DNA of 61,751 nucleotides, filler included. It is 8 parts of 8 records of this genome, joined end to end, with 100 filler letters (N's around TTAATTAATTAA, not from the genome) between each part and the next. Parts side by side here need not be neighbours in the genome. Positions count along the whole stretch, not along the records: positions 35,352 to 43,616 come from SRR31156797_59453; positions 43,717 to 51,247 come from SRR31156797_59477; 6 more parts are not named here. One strand, written 5' to 3'. The notes under the pieces were generated by a model, which was given only the letters and a program-made list of their open reading frames with translations, was not told the DNA's origin and made no database searches. Within the stretch, counting starts at the first letter, position 1. Each line of letters begins with the position of its first letter. The position numbers and the translations under genes are program-made. Positions 39,918-48,992 of this stretch are shown here, piece after piece.

Positions 39918-40502
39918 GTGATGCGAAAAATCAGACGTGTTTTAGGTGTATTATCATGCTGTTTATTATTGTCGATGATGCCATTGTCGGCTGAAGCTGG
40001 GTCGATACGTGTAAATTTCGATATGCAATCAGGTATGTCTTATGGCTTTTTTAACCTGACGGGTTACATGCAATTCGAAAATAATATAGATTTCGGTGTT
40101 TGGAATGACATAACTTCGTTGACGGATTTGGAATACGAGTTTACAGGAGTATGGATGTATTCAAATCAAGCACTTGTGGGACATATCAATAGTAATAATA
40201 ATGATACATGGAGTACCTGGTATGGGAATCTGATGATAGAAGAAAGTCGTCCGTCAGTATTTGTGGCGAACTTTGACAGCAAAACAATATTTTTCGGAAT
40301 GTCAGATAGTAATGCCTATATGGATTTAATTCTGTTCCAGAATGGTTCTTATATGGAAAGAAATAAGGTAAATGACTTAGGCAATTATACAACTACAGTA
40401 TGGTTCGACGACCCTGTTTCCGCGCCTATCCCAGGGGCAGTTTGGCTTTTAGGCTCAGGTGTTATTGGCCTTGCAGGAGTAAGGCGTAAACTCAAGAAAT
40501 AA
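39918..40502 (+). CDS. PEP-CTERM/VPLPA-CTERM-type exosortase substrate (secreted surface protein)
   Basis: Signal peptide ending AEA, and C-terminal APIPGAVWLLGSGVIGLAGVRRKLKK (Pro motif, TM helix, basic tail). AAGGAG RBS. Confidence 0.87.
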   Translation: MMRKIRRVLGVLSCCLLLSMMPLSAEAGSIRVNFDMQSGMSYGFFNLTGYMQFENNIDFGVWNDITSLTDLEYEFTGVWMYSNQALVGHINSNNNDTWSTWYGNLMIEESRPSVFVANFDSKTIFFGMSDSNAYMDLILFQNGSYMERNKVNDLGNYTTTVWFDDPVSAPIPGAVWLLGSGVIGLAGVRRKLKK

Positions 40503-40521
40503 ACTCACAGAATCCAATCAC

Positions 40522-40557
40522 AAGGCAGGGTTTAGCAATGGCTCTGCCTTTTTTATT
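40522..40557 (+). terminator. Intrinsic terminator
   Basis: AAGGCAGGGT / GCTCTGCCTT stem followed by TTTTATTTT. Confidence 0.75.
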
Positions 40558-40699
40558 TTGAGGCACTATATATGGTATGTGGTTACTTCTTCAAGCTGCA
40601 AACTTACATGCGTTTTTATACATTCTAAAATTTGATGTGGGTCTGCTTTCAGAGATTACGGGCTCAGAGGACGAAACATCTTCAATTGAATAGCCCATT

Positions 40700-41464
40700 T
40701 TAGTTGGGAGGCTGTTCGATGGTAAATTCCACCAGGACGGGGAAGTGATCCGAGGGGTAAAACCCTGAAAATTGATCCCGGACGATCTCTTTTCTGTGAA
40801 CCTTGACGCCGCCCCTGGAGAGTATCCAGTCGATGTGCCCGCCCCGGTCCTGGCCGGTAAAGCCGTGGAAGGTGGAGGTGTGGGCGCCGGTAAAGGCATC
40901 CTCAAACCCGTTTTGGGTGAAGACGGCGTGGGCGGCTTCCAGGGGAATGCAATTGAAATCGCCTGTCACGATAGTGGGGATCTCCCTGGGAAAGTCTGAA
41001 AGGAAATCGACCACCAGCTCTGCGCTGCGCTTCTGGACCGATTCATAAAAATCAAAGTGGGTGTTGGCCATGACCACCTGGGCCGATCCCTGCTGAAACA
41101 GGCCGAGGGAGCATTGGCGGGGCCAGCGGCTCTTTTCGAGGCGGCTCTCCACATCAGGGGTTTCGCTCAGGAAGCAGTGACGCTTTTTCTTGCAGATCCA
41201 TTTTTTGCGGTGGAAAATCAGGTTGTTCTGCCAGCGATCCGGGGAAGGCGTTCTCTTACCGATGAAACCGTACTGGTCAAGGAGGGCGGCAAGGTATTCC
41301 GTCTGGAAATTGTTGGCCTCCTGGAATCCGATGAAATCGGGCTGATAGCGCCGGAACAGGGCCGGGAAGGCCATTTTCCGGTATTTCCAGGAGTTGTCGC
41401 CGTCATCGGCCAGGCCGAACCTCAGGTTGAAGGTCATCACGGAAAAAGAAAGAGCGTCTGCCAT
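40700..41464 (-). CDS. Endonuclease/exonuclease/phosphatase (EEP) family protein
   Basis: MTFNLR, PDFIGFQE, NTHFD, TGDFN, IDWIL and PSDHFPV. Confidence 0.92.
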   Translation of the reverse strand: MADALSFSVMTFNLRFGLADDGDNSWKYRKMAFPALFRRYQPDFIGFQEANNFQTEYLAALLDQYGFIGKRTPSPDRWQNNLIFHRKKWICKKKRHCFLSETPDVESRLEKSRWPRQCSLGLFQQGSAQVVMANTHFDFYESVQKRSAELVVDFLSDFPREIPTIVTGDFNCIPLEAAHAVFTQNGFEDAFTGAHTSTFHGFTGQDRGGHIDWILSRGGVKVHRKEIVRDQFSGFYPSDHFPVLVEFTIEQPPN

Positions 41465-41586
41465 GGTCGCCTCCTGTTGAAATTATTTCCTGCTCCTTTA
41501 TACCCACAGAGCGGATGAAACTTCAACCCCGGCCTGGCGGGCCGGACAGGGAGACGCCAGTACGAAAACGCCCTTTCCCGTGTGAT

Positions 41587-42729
41587 TTAAAGCATTTCCA
41601 GGAAGGCTTCGATTCTTGTTCTTATCTGCTCGCTGTCGGACTCAGAGTAGTCGGTCTCGATCTGAAGCATGGGCAGGTCCAGTTTTTTGTCGAGAAAGTT
41701 TTCAACGGAGAACGACTCCACGTTGTAGGTGTGGCAGCAGGTCCAGGTGAGATCGATCACCCCGTCGATTTTGTACTCTTGTGCAAGCTTACCAAGGAGA
41801 TCGAGCCGGCCCGTATTGGGGGTCATGCAGGAACAGGGGATCTTGAGGTATCTTTCGGCAAGGGCGGCAAAGGGATCTTCGGCATCCTCCAGGGTGGGAT
41901 AGTAGAGGCCTTTTACGCCGGTGCAGTTTTCCTGGCACACCACCAGGGCGCCGCACTCCTGGGCGAGCCGTGTGACCTTGTCCGACCCGGTTCCCGAGGG
42001 GCAGCCGGTGATGAGTATTCTGGACTGTTTTTTACCGTTTTGGGCCATGTTCGCCCGTTTCTCTTCCAGTTCGGCCTTGAGGGCTTGCAGATCCTCTGCA
42101 TATTTCTCAAGGTCCACCACATAGCCCTTGGTCTCGAGGATCTTGAGGAATTCCGGCCCTGAGATGGGGGAATCGGGTTCTTTCATGAACACCTCGATCT
42201 CCTGGACAAGGCAATTGATCCGGTTTTGAAGCTTAATTTCGTGGTTCAGCTTTTCCGGGGTGATGGTGTTGCCGGTCTTTTCTTCAAGGTAGGCTTTCAG
42301 CCGGTGGATCTCGGTTTTCCAATACTCCAGCGGTGAATCGCCCAGGGTGCTGTAGGGCAGCTGCATCACATAGGTGGGCTTGATCTCGTCAAGGAGTTCA
42401 AACATTTTCTTCTTTCCGTCACAGGTGGTCTCGCCGATGATGAAATCGGAAAAGGAGAAAAACGGGCAGGTGTTACCGGCGGCAAAACCATAGCTGGATT
42501 TGATAAGGGGGCAGAGGTTTGCGGGCAGTGTTTTCTCCGCCTCCTGGATGGGCTCCTGCTTTTTGCCGCAAAGCCCCACCGGAATGGCGCCCGCGGCCCG
42601 GATCAGTTCCGTGGGTCCGAATATGCAGTAGATACCTGCAATTTTAACTCCCTGCTCGTGGGCCTTGTCAAGCTCCAGAAGGGCGTGTTTGTTGAATTCG
42701 TTGAAATAGGCCATGCTTTGGTTGTCCAT
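41587..42729 (-). CDS. Double-cubane cluster protein (YjiM/DCCP-like anaerobic reductase)
   Basis: GIYCIFGP.E, LCG, LPANLCPLIKSSYG...CPFF, ETTCDGKKK, ITGCP, ENCTG, CSCMTPN and CHTYNVE. GAAGGAG RBS precedes the ATG at 42729. Confidence 0.82.
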   Translation of the reverse strand: MDNQSMAYFNEFNKHALLELDKAHEQGVKIAGIYCIFGPTELIRAAGAIPVGLCGKKQEPIQEAEKTLPANLCPLIKSSYGFAAGNTCPFFSFSDFIIGETTCDGKKKMFELLDEIKPTYVMQLPYSTLGDSPLEYWKTEIHRLKAYLEEKTGNTITPEKLNHEIKLQNRINCLVQEIEVFMKEPDSPISGPEFLKILETKGYVVDLEKYAEDLQALKAELEEKRANMAQNGKKQSRILITGCPSGTGSDKVTRLAQECGALVVCQENCTGVKGLYYPTLEDAEDPFAALAERYLKIPCSCMTPNTGRLDLLGKLAQEYKIDGVIDLTWTCCHTYNVESFSVENFLDKKLDLPMLQIETDYSESDSEQIRTRIEAFLEML

Positions 42730-42948
42730 GGGGCTCCTTCGCTCGGGTGAATGGTTTTTCGATGTTAGAAATCTTGCCCCGGACAAATACCATTTCCATT
42801 TTTGATATGTCTAATCGATTGTCTGTATCCGATTGGGGTTTTCCATCGGGATTATTGATTTGACTTCAGGGGAGGCCGGGAATAGAAGAAGGTTTTTACA
42901 GGCGTTTTATTTTACTTACGGACATGAATCATTCAGATGAGAGGGCAG

Positions 42949-43616
42949 ATGAAATTTGCAGGATTGGACATCGGATCGCGGAACATTAAGCTCGTTGTGG
43001 TGGATGAAACAGGCGAAATCGTTGAGAAGCGCAAGAGTTCCACCTCCTTCGATCCAATGGAAAAATGCGCAGAGATTCTGGAGGGGATCCAGTACCACGC
43101 CCTCATGGCCACGGGCTACGGCAGGCACCTGTTCAGCCAGCACAACGGACCCGATGATGGAAAGACCGTGTCCGTGGTATCCGAGATAAAGGCCCATGCA
43201 AAAGGGGCCAAGGCATGGTTCCCGGATGTGCCGGCCATCCTTGACATCGGCGGCCAGGACACAAAGGTGATCTCCCTGGGCGCAAGCGGCAAGGTCAGGA
43301 AATTTGAGATGAACGACCGGTGCGCCGCCGGTACGGGCAAGTTCCTCGAGGTGATGGCCGTGGCCTTTAACCAGGACATCGAGGAGTTTGGCAACTTTGC
43401 GATAAACGGGGATCATCCCTGTCCCATCTCCAGCATGTGCACGGTGTTTGCCGAAAGTGAAGCCACCTCCCTCATGGCCCGGGGGGAGAAGCCCCAGAAC
43501 ATCGCCCTTGGGCTGCATCTTTCCGTTGCCAAACGGGCAATGTCAATGGTCAAGCGGGTCGCGGGCAGCGGGCCCCTGGTGTTTTCCGGCGGCGTTGCCA
43601 ACAACCGGTGCATCCG
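42949..43616 (+). CDS. ATP-dependent [4Fe-4S] activase (HgdC/YjiL/DCCP-R-like, ASKHA fold), 3'-truncated
   Basis: GLDIGS, ATGYGR, LDIGGQDTK, MNDRCAAGTG, SSMCTVFAESE and SGGVA.N. Confidence 0.9.
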
Positions 43617-43716
43617 NNNNNNNNNNNNNNNNNNNNNNNNNNNNNNNNNNNNNNNNNNNNTTAATTAATTAANNNNNNNNNNNNNNNNNNNNNNNNNNNN
43701 NNNNNNNNNNNNNNNN
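43617..43716. other. Artificial contig spacer
   Basis: N44-TTAATTAATTAA-N44. Confidence 0.98.
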
Positions 43717-43776
43717 AATAACACGCCCGGCCTCCTCGGCCAGCCGTCCTATCGATATTGGATCGTCAAGCTGCAA
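43717..43776 (-). CDS. Probable N-terminus of LpxD (partial)
   Basis: AAGGGG RBS then TTG start, MQLDDPISIGRLAEEAGRVI. The position after skp fits the usual bamA-skp-lpxD order, but only 20 aa are visible. Confidence 0.4.
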
Positions 43777-43833
43777 GATGACACCCCTTGGCCGCAATTA
43801 CTAAGTAAAAGATGTGAATAAGCCTTGTCCGGC

Positions 43834-44376
43834 TTATTTACCCCTGTCAAGGCGACGAATTACTTCCTTCGTAATATCCAGGGCGTCGACGGAATACACA
43901 ATTCCGGATTTCTGTTTTTCAAGAAGAAGAGCCAGCCCTTTTTCCTTTGCCAGAGCGCGGGCGATTTTTACGGCCTTGTCCAGAAGAGGCTTCGTATTTT
44001 GAAACTCGTCCTTTTTCATCTCTTCGGTATAATCACGGTATTTATCCTGAAAAGCCCGCACTTTTCTGGCTATGGTCTTCTCTTTCTGGTATTTGGCGTC
44101 GGGGCTCAGCATGGGCGCCTGTTTCTGAAAATCCTTCTGCATTTTCTGAAGGGCTTCATCTTCCCTTTTAAGCTCTTTCTGCAGACGTTCGAATTTGGTG
44201 ACCAGTTTCGCTTTGGCCGCCTTGCCCTGTCTGGATTCATTTATAGCTTCCTGAAGGTCCAGGACTCCGATCTTTATAACATCGGCCGCGAAAACGGGAG
44301 CGGGCTTTGTCGCAAGGCCCATGGCCAGGATCAGGGTCAACGCCAAGCTGAATATAGCTGCCTTTTTAATCATCAC
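43834..44376 (-). CDS. skp: OmpH/Skp periplasmic chaperone
   Basis: Signal peptide, KIGVLDLQ..I..S..GK.A, a long coiled coil and DITKEVI. Lies downstream of bamA. Confidence 0.9.
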   Translation of the reverse strand: MMIKKAAIFSLALTLILAMGLATKPAPVFAADVIKIGVLDLQEAINESRQGKAAKAKLVTKFERLQKELKREDEALQKMQKDFQKQAPMLSPDAKYQKEKTIARKVRAFQDKYRDYTEEMKKDEFQNTKPLLDKAVKIARALAKEKGLALLLEKQKSGIVYSVDALDITKEVIRRLDRGK

Positions 44377-44409
44377 ATTCCTCCTTAAATATATAACTTA
44401 TTTATATTT

Positions 44410-47058
44410 CTAAAAAAATGTTCCTATAGAAAACTCGAGATTCGATTCGGGCTCGCCGGGAATCGGGTCCAGAACCATACCGTATTCGAGGCGCATCGGG
44501 CCAAGCGGACTATAGTATCTTATGCCGCCGCCGTAACTTCTTCTCATGTCCCCGAAATCCCAGTCATCGGATTCTTGCCAGGCATTACCCTGGTCGAAGA
44601 AGATGACGCCCATAAGACCGGCTTCCTTGGCCAACGGGAATATGAGCTCCAGGTTCATCAAAGCCATCTTTTCGCCGCCGATTCTGTCTCCGGTCACCGG
44701 GTCGACCGGGGATATCTTGTTCCACTTATAACCGCGCACGGAATCTATGCCGCCCAGGTAAAATTTCTCGTAAAGAGGCAATCCGTCGTCCTGGTTTTCC
44801 GCAATGTATCCGATCTTGCCGCGGGCGAACAAGGTGACGTCATCCCAGAACGTCGGAATAAACCATCCCGAGTCGGCCACGTATTTGGTGAAATGATTTG
44901 TTCCGCCCAAAGGACCGCCGGCATAGGTTATGGTAACCGAGTTGTCCGAGCCCGATGTGGGGTTAAAAACCTGGTTACGAGTATCTCGCCTAAGCTGGAA
45001 GGTCATGCTGCTGGAAGTTGAATGACCGACCATGTCAATAAAGTAAGCTGAAGACCCGGCCGGAACATTGGAGATGTCGATATCCTGATACATGTACCGC
45101 CACGAAAAACGGGTGTTCTTCCAGACCGGATAACCGAAGCGGACGGCGAAGCCGACTGTATTCCGGTCATAATCGTCATATTCGACAAATTGGTTGAAGA
45201 TATCAAACCCCGCCGCCAGGGGAACCCCGAAGAGCCAGGGTTCAGTGATGCTGAAAACATAATTGTCCGACCGGCCGCCGACAGTGCCTTCCAAAGAAAC
45301 CTTCAGGCCCTTTCCAAGAAAGTTGTCCTGGCTGATCTTGGCCGTTCCGAAAAGAGAGTTATATGAACTGTAGCCCGCGCCGATGGAAAAGGCGCCGGTA
45401 GGCTTCTCCTTGACATTGATGTTCAGATTCATCTTGTCGTCGGCGCTGGCCTTGGCCGTATCGAACTGAATGTCGTCGAAATAGCCCAACCGATAAAGAC
45501 TCATACTGCTCTGGCGTAGGCCGCTCGCGGAAAAGAGATCCCCTTCCTTAATCTTGAGCTCGCGGCGAATAACGTTATCCCTGGTCTTGCTGTTGCCCGT
45601 GATGGATATTCGCTCAAACGTAACCGGCTTGTTTTTCACAATATGGAAAATAACGTCTATAACATTTTCATCAGGCCTTGTCTTGGCCTCGGGTTTGACC
45701 TGGTTGTAGGCGTATCCCTTGTCCGCATACATGGTCTTGATTGTCTTAAGGTCTTCTCTTAGAATTTTGCGGCTGTATATCTCGTTTTCCGGCAATTTCA
45801 GATTTTCATAAATCTCTTCATCAGTGAAAAGGACGTCCCCGGCCACCTTGACGTCGCCGACCTTGAACTGCGGTCCTTCTTCAATGGAAAAAGAGATAAT
45901 TATCCCGTCTTCTTCAACAGTTACAACAGGTTCGCCGATACGCGCCCTGACATATCCGTTATTGTAATAAAACTCCTTCAGTTTGGCCAGGTCTTCCTCT
46001 AGTTGATCCTTTTTAAGGATGCCGGCGTCGGTTATGAAGGAAAGAAACCAGCCGGTTTCGGTTTCAATCTCGTCTTCCAGGTCGCCGTCGTCAAAATCCT
46101 TGTTGCCTAGAAATTCAATCTTCTTGATGTAGACGCGGCTTTTTTCTTCAATTTCATATTTGACGGATACTTTTTTCTCGCCGACCGGCTCGATAGTATA
46201 GTTGACTTCTACGTTGTAATAGCCTTTCTCTTTATACAATTCCTTCATATTTTCAACACTCTGGGCGATCTTCTGCGCATCCAGAATGCCGTAGGTATTG
46301 TATCCTAGAACATCGAACAGATCGTCATGCTCCAGCATTTGGTTTCCTTCAAATTCAACCTGAGTAATAGCGGGCTTTTCCACGACTATGAATGTAACCA
46401 CTTTTCCCTGGGCGCTGTCTTCAACGTCAATCTGGACGTCCTCGAAATAATTCATGGCAAAAACGCGCTTGAGGTCCCCGGAGACCAAGGCCTCGGAATA
46501 CACTCCTCCTTCTCGGCTCTCCAGCACTCTTTTTACGGCATCCGTTTCAATGCGCTTGTTTCCTTGAATATTCAACCGGGCGATTTTTTGCCTGCCGGAA
46601 ACGCCGCCCGTGGCGTCGCTGACCAGTTTTTCAGTGGCGCCCATGAGGTTTTCAAGCCCTTTTTCCTGCACGAAAACGGATTCGGTTTTTTTAATCCCCA
46701 GAACGTCCACCAAGCGGCCGTCAAGTGAAATCTGGCTGCCCAGTTTGGTCATGCTGCCGTAAAACACATAATCGGCTTTCAGGGTCTTACCAATTTCACG
46801 CGCCGCCCTTTCATCAATTTGCGTCGGAGATTTCCCTTTCAGGGCTTTGATTACCTGTGATTCCGGAATTACATCCACGCCCCGGCGTAGAAAATGACTT
46901 CCTATCATTTCCTGGATGCCTTCTGACAAGTAACCGAGGTTTTCCTGGCTGTAGATGGAAAAAGGAAAAACGCAGACACGAACGGTCTTGGCCTCGACGG
47001 AAGTCGAAATCATTATGGCGAGTATCAGGCTAAAGAGAAACACCCTTTTTAGCGTCAT
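44410..47058 (-). CDS. bamA: Outer membrane protein assembly factor BamA with extra N-terminal domain
   Basis: Five POTRA-like repeats (GN.R, GN.KTRD.VIRRE), a barrel with FYLGG.DSVRGY and YYSPLGP.RL.YG, and a terminal Phe. Confidence 0.95.
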   Translation of the reverse strand: MTLKRVFLFSLILAIMISTSVEAKTVRVCVFPFSIYSQENLGYLSEGIQEMIGSHFLRRGVDVIPESQVIKALKGKSPTQIDERAAREIGKTLKADYVFYGSMTKLGSQISLDGRLVDVLGIKKTESVFVQEKGLENLMGATEKLVSDATGGVSGRQKIARLNIQGNKRIETDAVKRVLESREGGVYSEALVSGDLKRVFAMNYFEDVQIDVEDSAQGKVVTFIVVEKPAITQVEFEGNQMLEHDDLFDVLGYNTYGILDAQKIAQSVENMKELYKEKGYYNVEVNYTIEPVGEKKVSVKYEIEEKSRVYIKKIEFLGNKDFDDGDLEDEIETETGWFLSFITDAGILKKDQLEEDLAKLKEFYYNNGYVRARIGEPVVTVEEDGIIISFSIEEGPQFKVGDVKVAGDVLFTDEEIYENLKLPENEIYSRKILREDLKTIKTMYADKGYAYNQVKPEAKTRPDENVIDVIFHIVKNKPVTFERISITGNSKTRDNVIRRELKIKEGDLFSASGLRQSSMSLYRLGYFDDIQFDTAKASADDKMNLNINVKEKPTGAFSIGAGYSSYNSLFGTAKISQDNFLGKGLKVSLEGTVGGRSDNYVFSITEPWLFGVPLAAGFDIFNQFVEYDDYDRNTVGFAVRFGYPVWKNTRFSWRYMYQDIDISNVPAGSSAYFIDMVGHSTSSSMTFQLRRDTRNQVFNPTSGSDNSVTITYAGGPLGGTNHFTKYVADSGWFIPTFWDDVTLFARGKIGYIAENQDDGLPLYEKFYLGGIDSVRGYKWNKISPVDPVTGDRIGGEKMALMNLELIFPLAKEAGLMGVIFFDQGNAWQESDDWDFGDMRRSYGGGIRYYSPLGPMRLEYGMVLDPIPGEPESNLEFSIGTFF

Positions 47059-47762
47059 ATTTTTTCCTCAAAAGTTCGGCCTTCGACCAGCCGGATTTGG
47101 CGAGACATCATTTGCGCCAACTCTAGGTTATGGGTTACAACCACGGACGTCAATCCTTTCTCCTCATTTAATTCCAATAACAGTTCATTTATCCGACGGC
47201 CGGTTTTGCTGTCAAGGTTTCCGGTCGGCTCGTCGGCAAGAAGGAGTTCCGGGTCCATGATAAGGGCCCTGGCGACAGCGACCCGCTGTTGTTCGCCGCC
47301 GGACAATTCGCCGACCCGATGTTTTAGTCTTTCGGCCAGGCCCACCCGGACAAGGCCTTCCTCGGCGCGCTGCAAAGCTTCTTTTTTATTCATCCTGTTT
47401 ATCAACGCCGGCATGGCTGCATTTTCCAAAGCGTTGAATTCCGGAAGCAAGTGATGAAATTGAAATACAAATCCTATTTTGCGATTCCTTATTCCGGCCA
47501 GATTTTTCTCGGTCTGGGCGTCCAAGACGATCCCGTCCAGCAAAACCCTTCCGGATGTGGGCTTTTCCAACGCGCCGATCATGTGCAACAGGGTGGATTT
47601 TCCCACTCCCGAAGCGCCGGTTACGGCCACGGTCTGTCCCCTGGCAATGGAAAGATTCAGGCCGCTGAGGACTTCAACCCTGGAAGATCCGGTTTTATAA
47701 GTTTTGACCAGTTCTTCAACCAGTACAAATGGCGATTTATTATTAACTACGAAATCATTCAT
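47055..47762 (-). CDS. lolD: Lipoprotein-releasing ABC transporter ATPase
   Basis: GASGVGKS, GFVFQFHHLLPEF, LSGGEQQR and ADEPTGNLD. Confidence 0.9.
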   Translation of the reverse strand: MNDFVVNNKSPFVLVEELVKTYKTGSSRVEVLSGLNLSIARGQTVAVTGASGVGKSTLLHMIGALEKPTSGRVLLDGIVLDAQTEKNLAGIRNRKIGFVFQFHHLLPEFNALENAAMPALINRMNKKEALQRAEEGLVRVGLAERLKHRVGELSGGEQQRVAVARALIMDPELLLADEPTGNLDSKTGRRINELLLELNEEKGLTSVVVTHNLELAQMMSRQIRLVEGRTFEEKI

Positions 47763-48987
47763 AGCGTAGAGCCTCGACCGGGTCAAGCCGGGAAGCCTGC
47801 CAGGCGGGATACAACGTGGCCGTGAAGCTTATAAGCACCGCTGTAATAGTTATTATTGTAATATCCAAAACTTCCATGCGAACCGGCAGCGTGGTTACGT
47901 AATATATGTCGCTTGGCAAACGGATAAACTGGTAGCGTTCCAGAATGTCGCAAAGTGCGATTCCGCCGAACAGCCCCAATAGAGCGCCCAGAACGCCTAT
48001 CAGCAATCCCTGGAAGATAAAAATCTTCATAATCATCAAGGCGTCGGCGCCCATTGATTTCAGGATGGCTATGTCGCGCGCTTTGTCCAAAACCACAAGA
48101 ATCAGGGTGGAAATAATATTGAAAGCGGCCACAAGAACCGTCAACAGCAAAATTACAAACATGGCCGCTTTTTCCAGCTTTAAGGCTGAAAAAAGGTTGC
48201 GGTTCATCTCCATCCAGTCCCTGCCCTTGTACGAGGCGCCAAGTGCTTTGACGATGTTCCTCTTTATCTCGGCTGCGTCATATACATCTTCAACCCTGAC
48301 TTCAATGCCGGTAATGCCGGCGCCCAGGTTCAGAAACTTTTGAGCGCGTTTAATGGATAAATAAGCCATGTTCGAGTCGTATTCATACATTCCGGATTCG
48401 AACAACCCCACGACATGAAAGACGCCGACCTTGGGCGCGCGGCCTCCAAGCGGCGTAACCCGGCCCAGGGGGGATATGACTTTTACTTTATCTCCAACCA
48501 TGGCCCCCAACTGGTGGGCCAGTTCCTTGCCCAGGATTATTCCCGGAGTATCATCATCAGCCAGCCCTTTTAGCTCGCCGGCTATAACCGTATAACCCAA
48601 ATGACCGTTTTCGGCCGTGATAACGGGATCAACGCCGCGAAGCACGGCCCCGGCCGTTCCGCCGAACGCCCCGATCATTACCTGGCTATAAATAAAAGGT
48701 TCGGCCGATTCCACCCCTTTCACGCTTCTTATTTTTGGCAAGAGCGCCGAATAGTTATCCATGGGGGCATCCGTCTTTAAAACAACGATATGCGAATTGA
48801 CGCCCAATATCTTATTCTTTAAATCCTCTTCAAATCCGTTCATCACGGCGAGCACAACAATCAAAACGGCCACGCCCACGGCCACCCCGCCGATGGATAT
48901 AACGGTGATCAATGAAATGAAGGCCTGTTTGCGCTTCGCTTTCAGATACCTCCAACCGATAAAGGACTCAACAGCCAAGGTTGTCAA
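47755..48987 (-). CDS. Lipoprotein-releasing ABC permease (LolC/E family), copy 2
   Basis: WRYLKAKRKQAFIS, DW..MNRNLFSAL, DIAILKSMGA and TLYPAWQASRLDPVEALRYE. Confidence 0.92.
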   Translation of the reverse strand: MTTLAVESFIGWRYLKAKRKQAFISLITVISIGGVAVGVAVLIVVLAVMNGFEEDLKNKILGVNSHIVVLKTDAPMDNYSALLPKIRSVKGVESAEPFIYSQVMIGAFGGTAGAVLRGVDPVITAENGHLGYTVIAGELKGLADDDTPGIILGKELAHQLGAMVGDKVKVISPLGRVTPLGGRAPKVGVFHVVGLFESGMYEYDSNMAYLSIKRAQKFLNLGAGITGIEVRVEDVYDAAEIKRNIVKALGASYKGRDWMEMNRNLFSALKLEKAAMFVILLLTVLVAAFNIISTLILVVLDKARDIAILKSMGADALMIMKIFIFQGLLIGVLGALLGLFGGIALCDILERYQFIRLPSDIYYVTTLPVRMEVLDITIITITAVLISFTATLYPAWQASRLDPVEALRYE

Positions 48988-48992
48988 CTTCC

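Noticed and set aside
12877-43616. Activase at 42949 as partner of the dehydratase pair at 12877-15260
   Set aside because: They are on different contigs, and the activase has its own adjacent DCCP-type partner.
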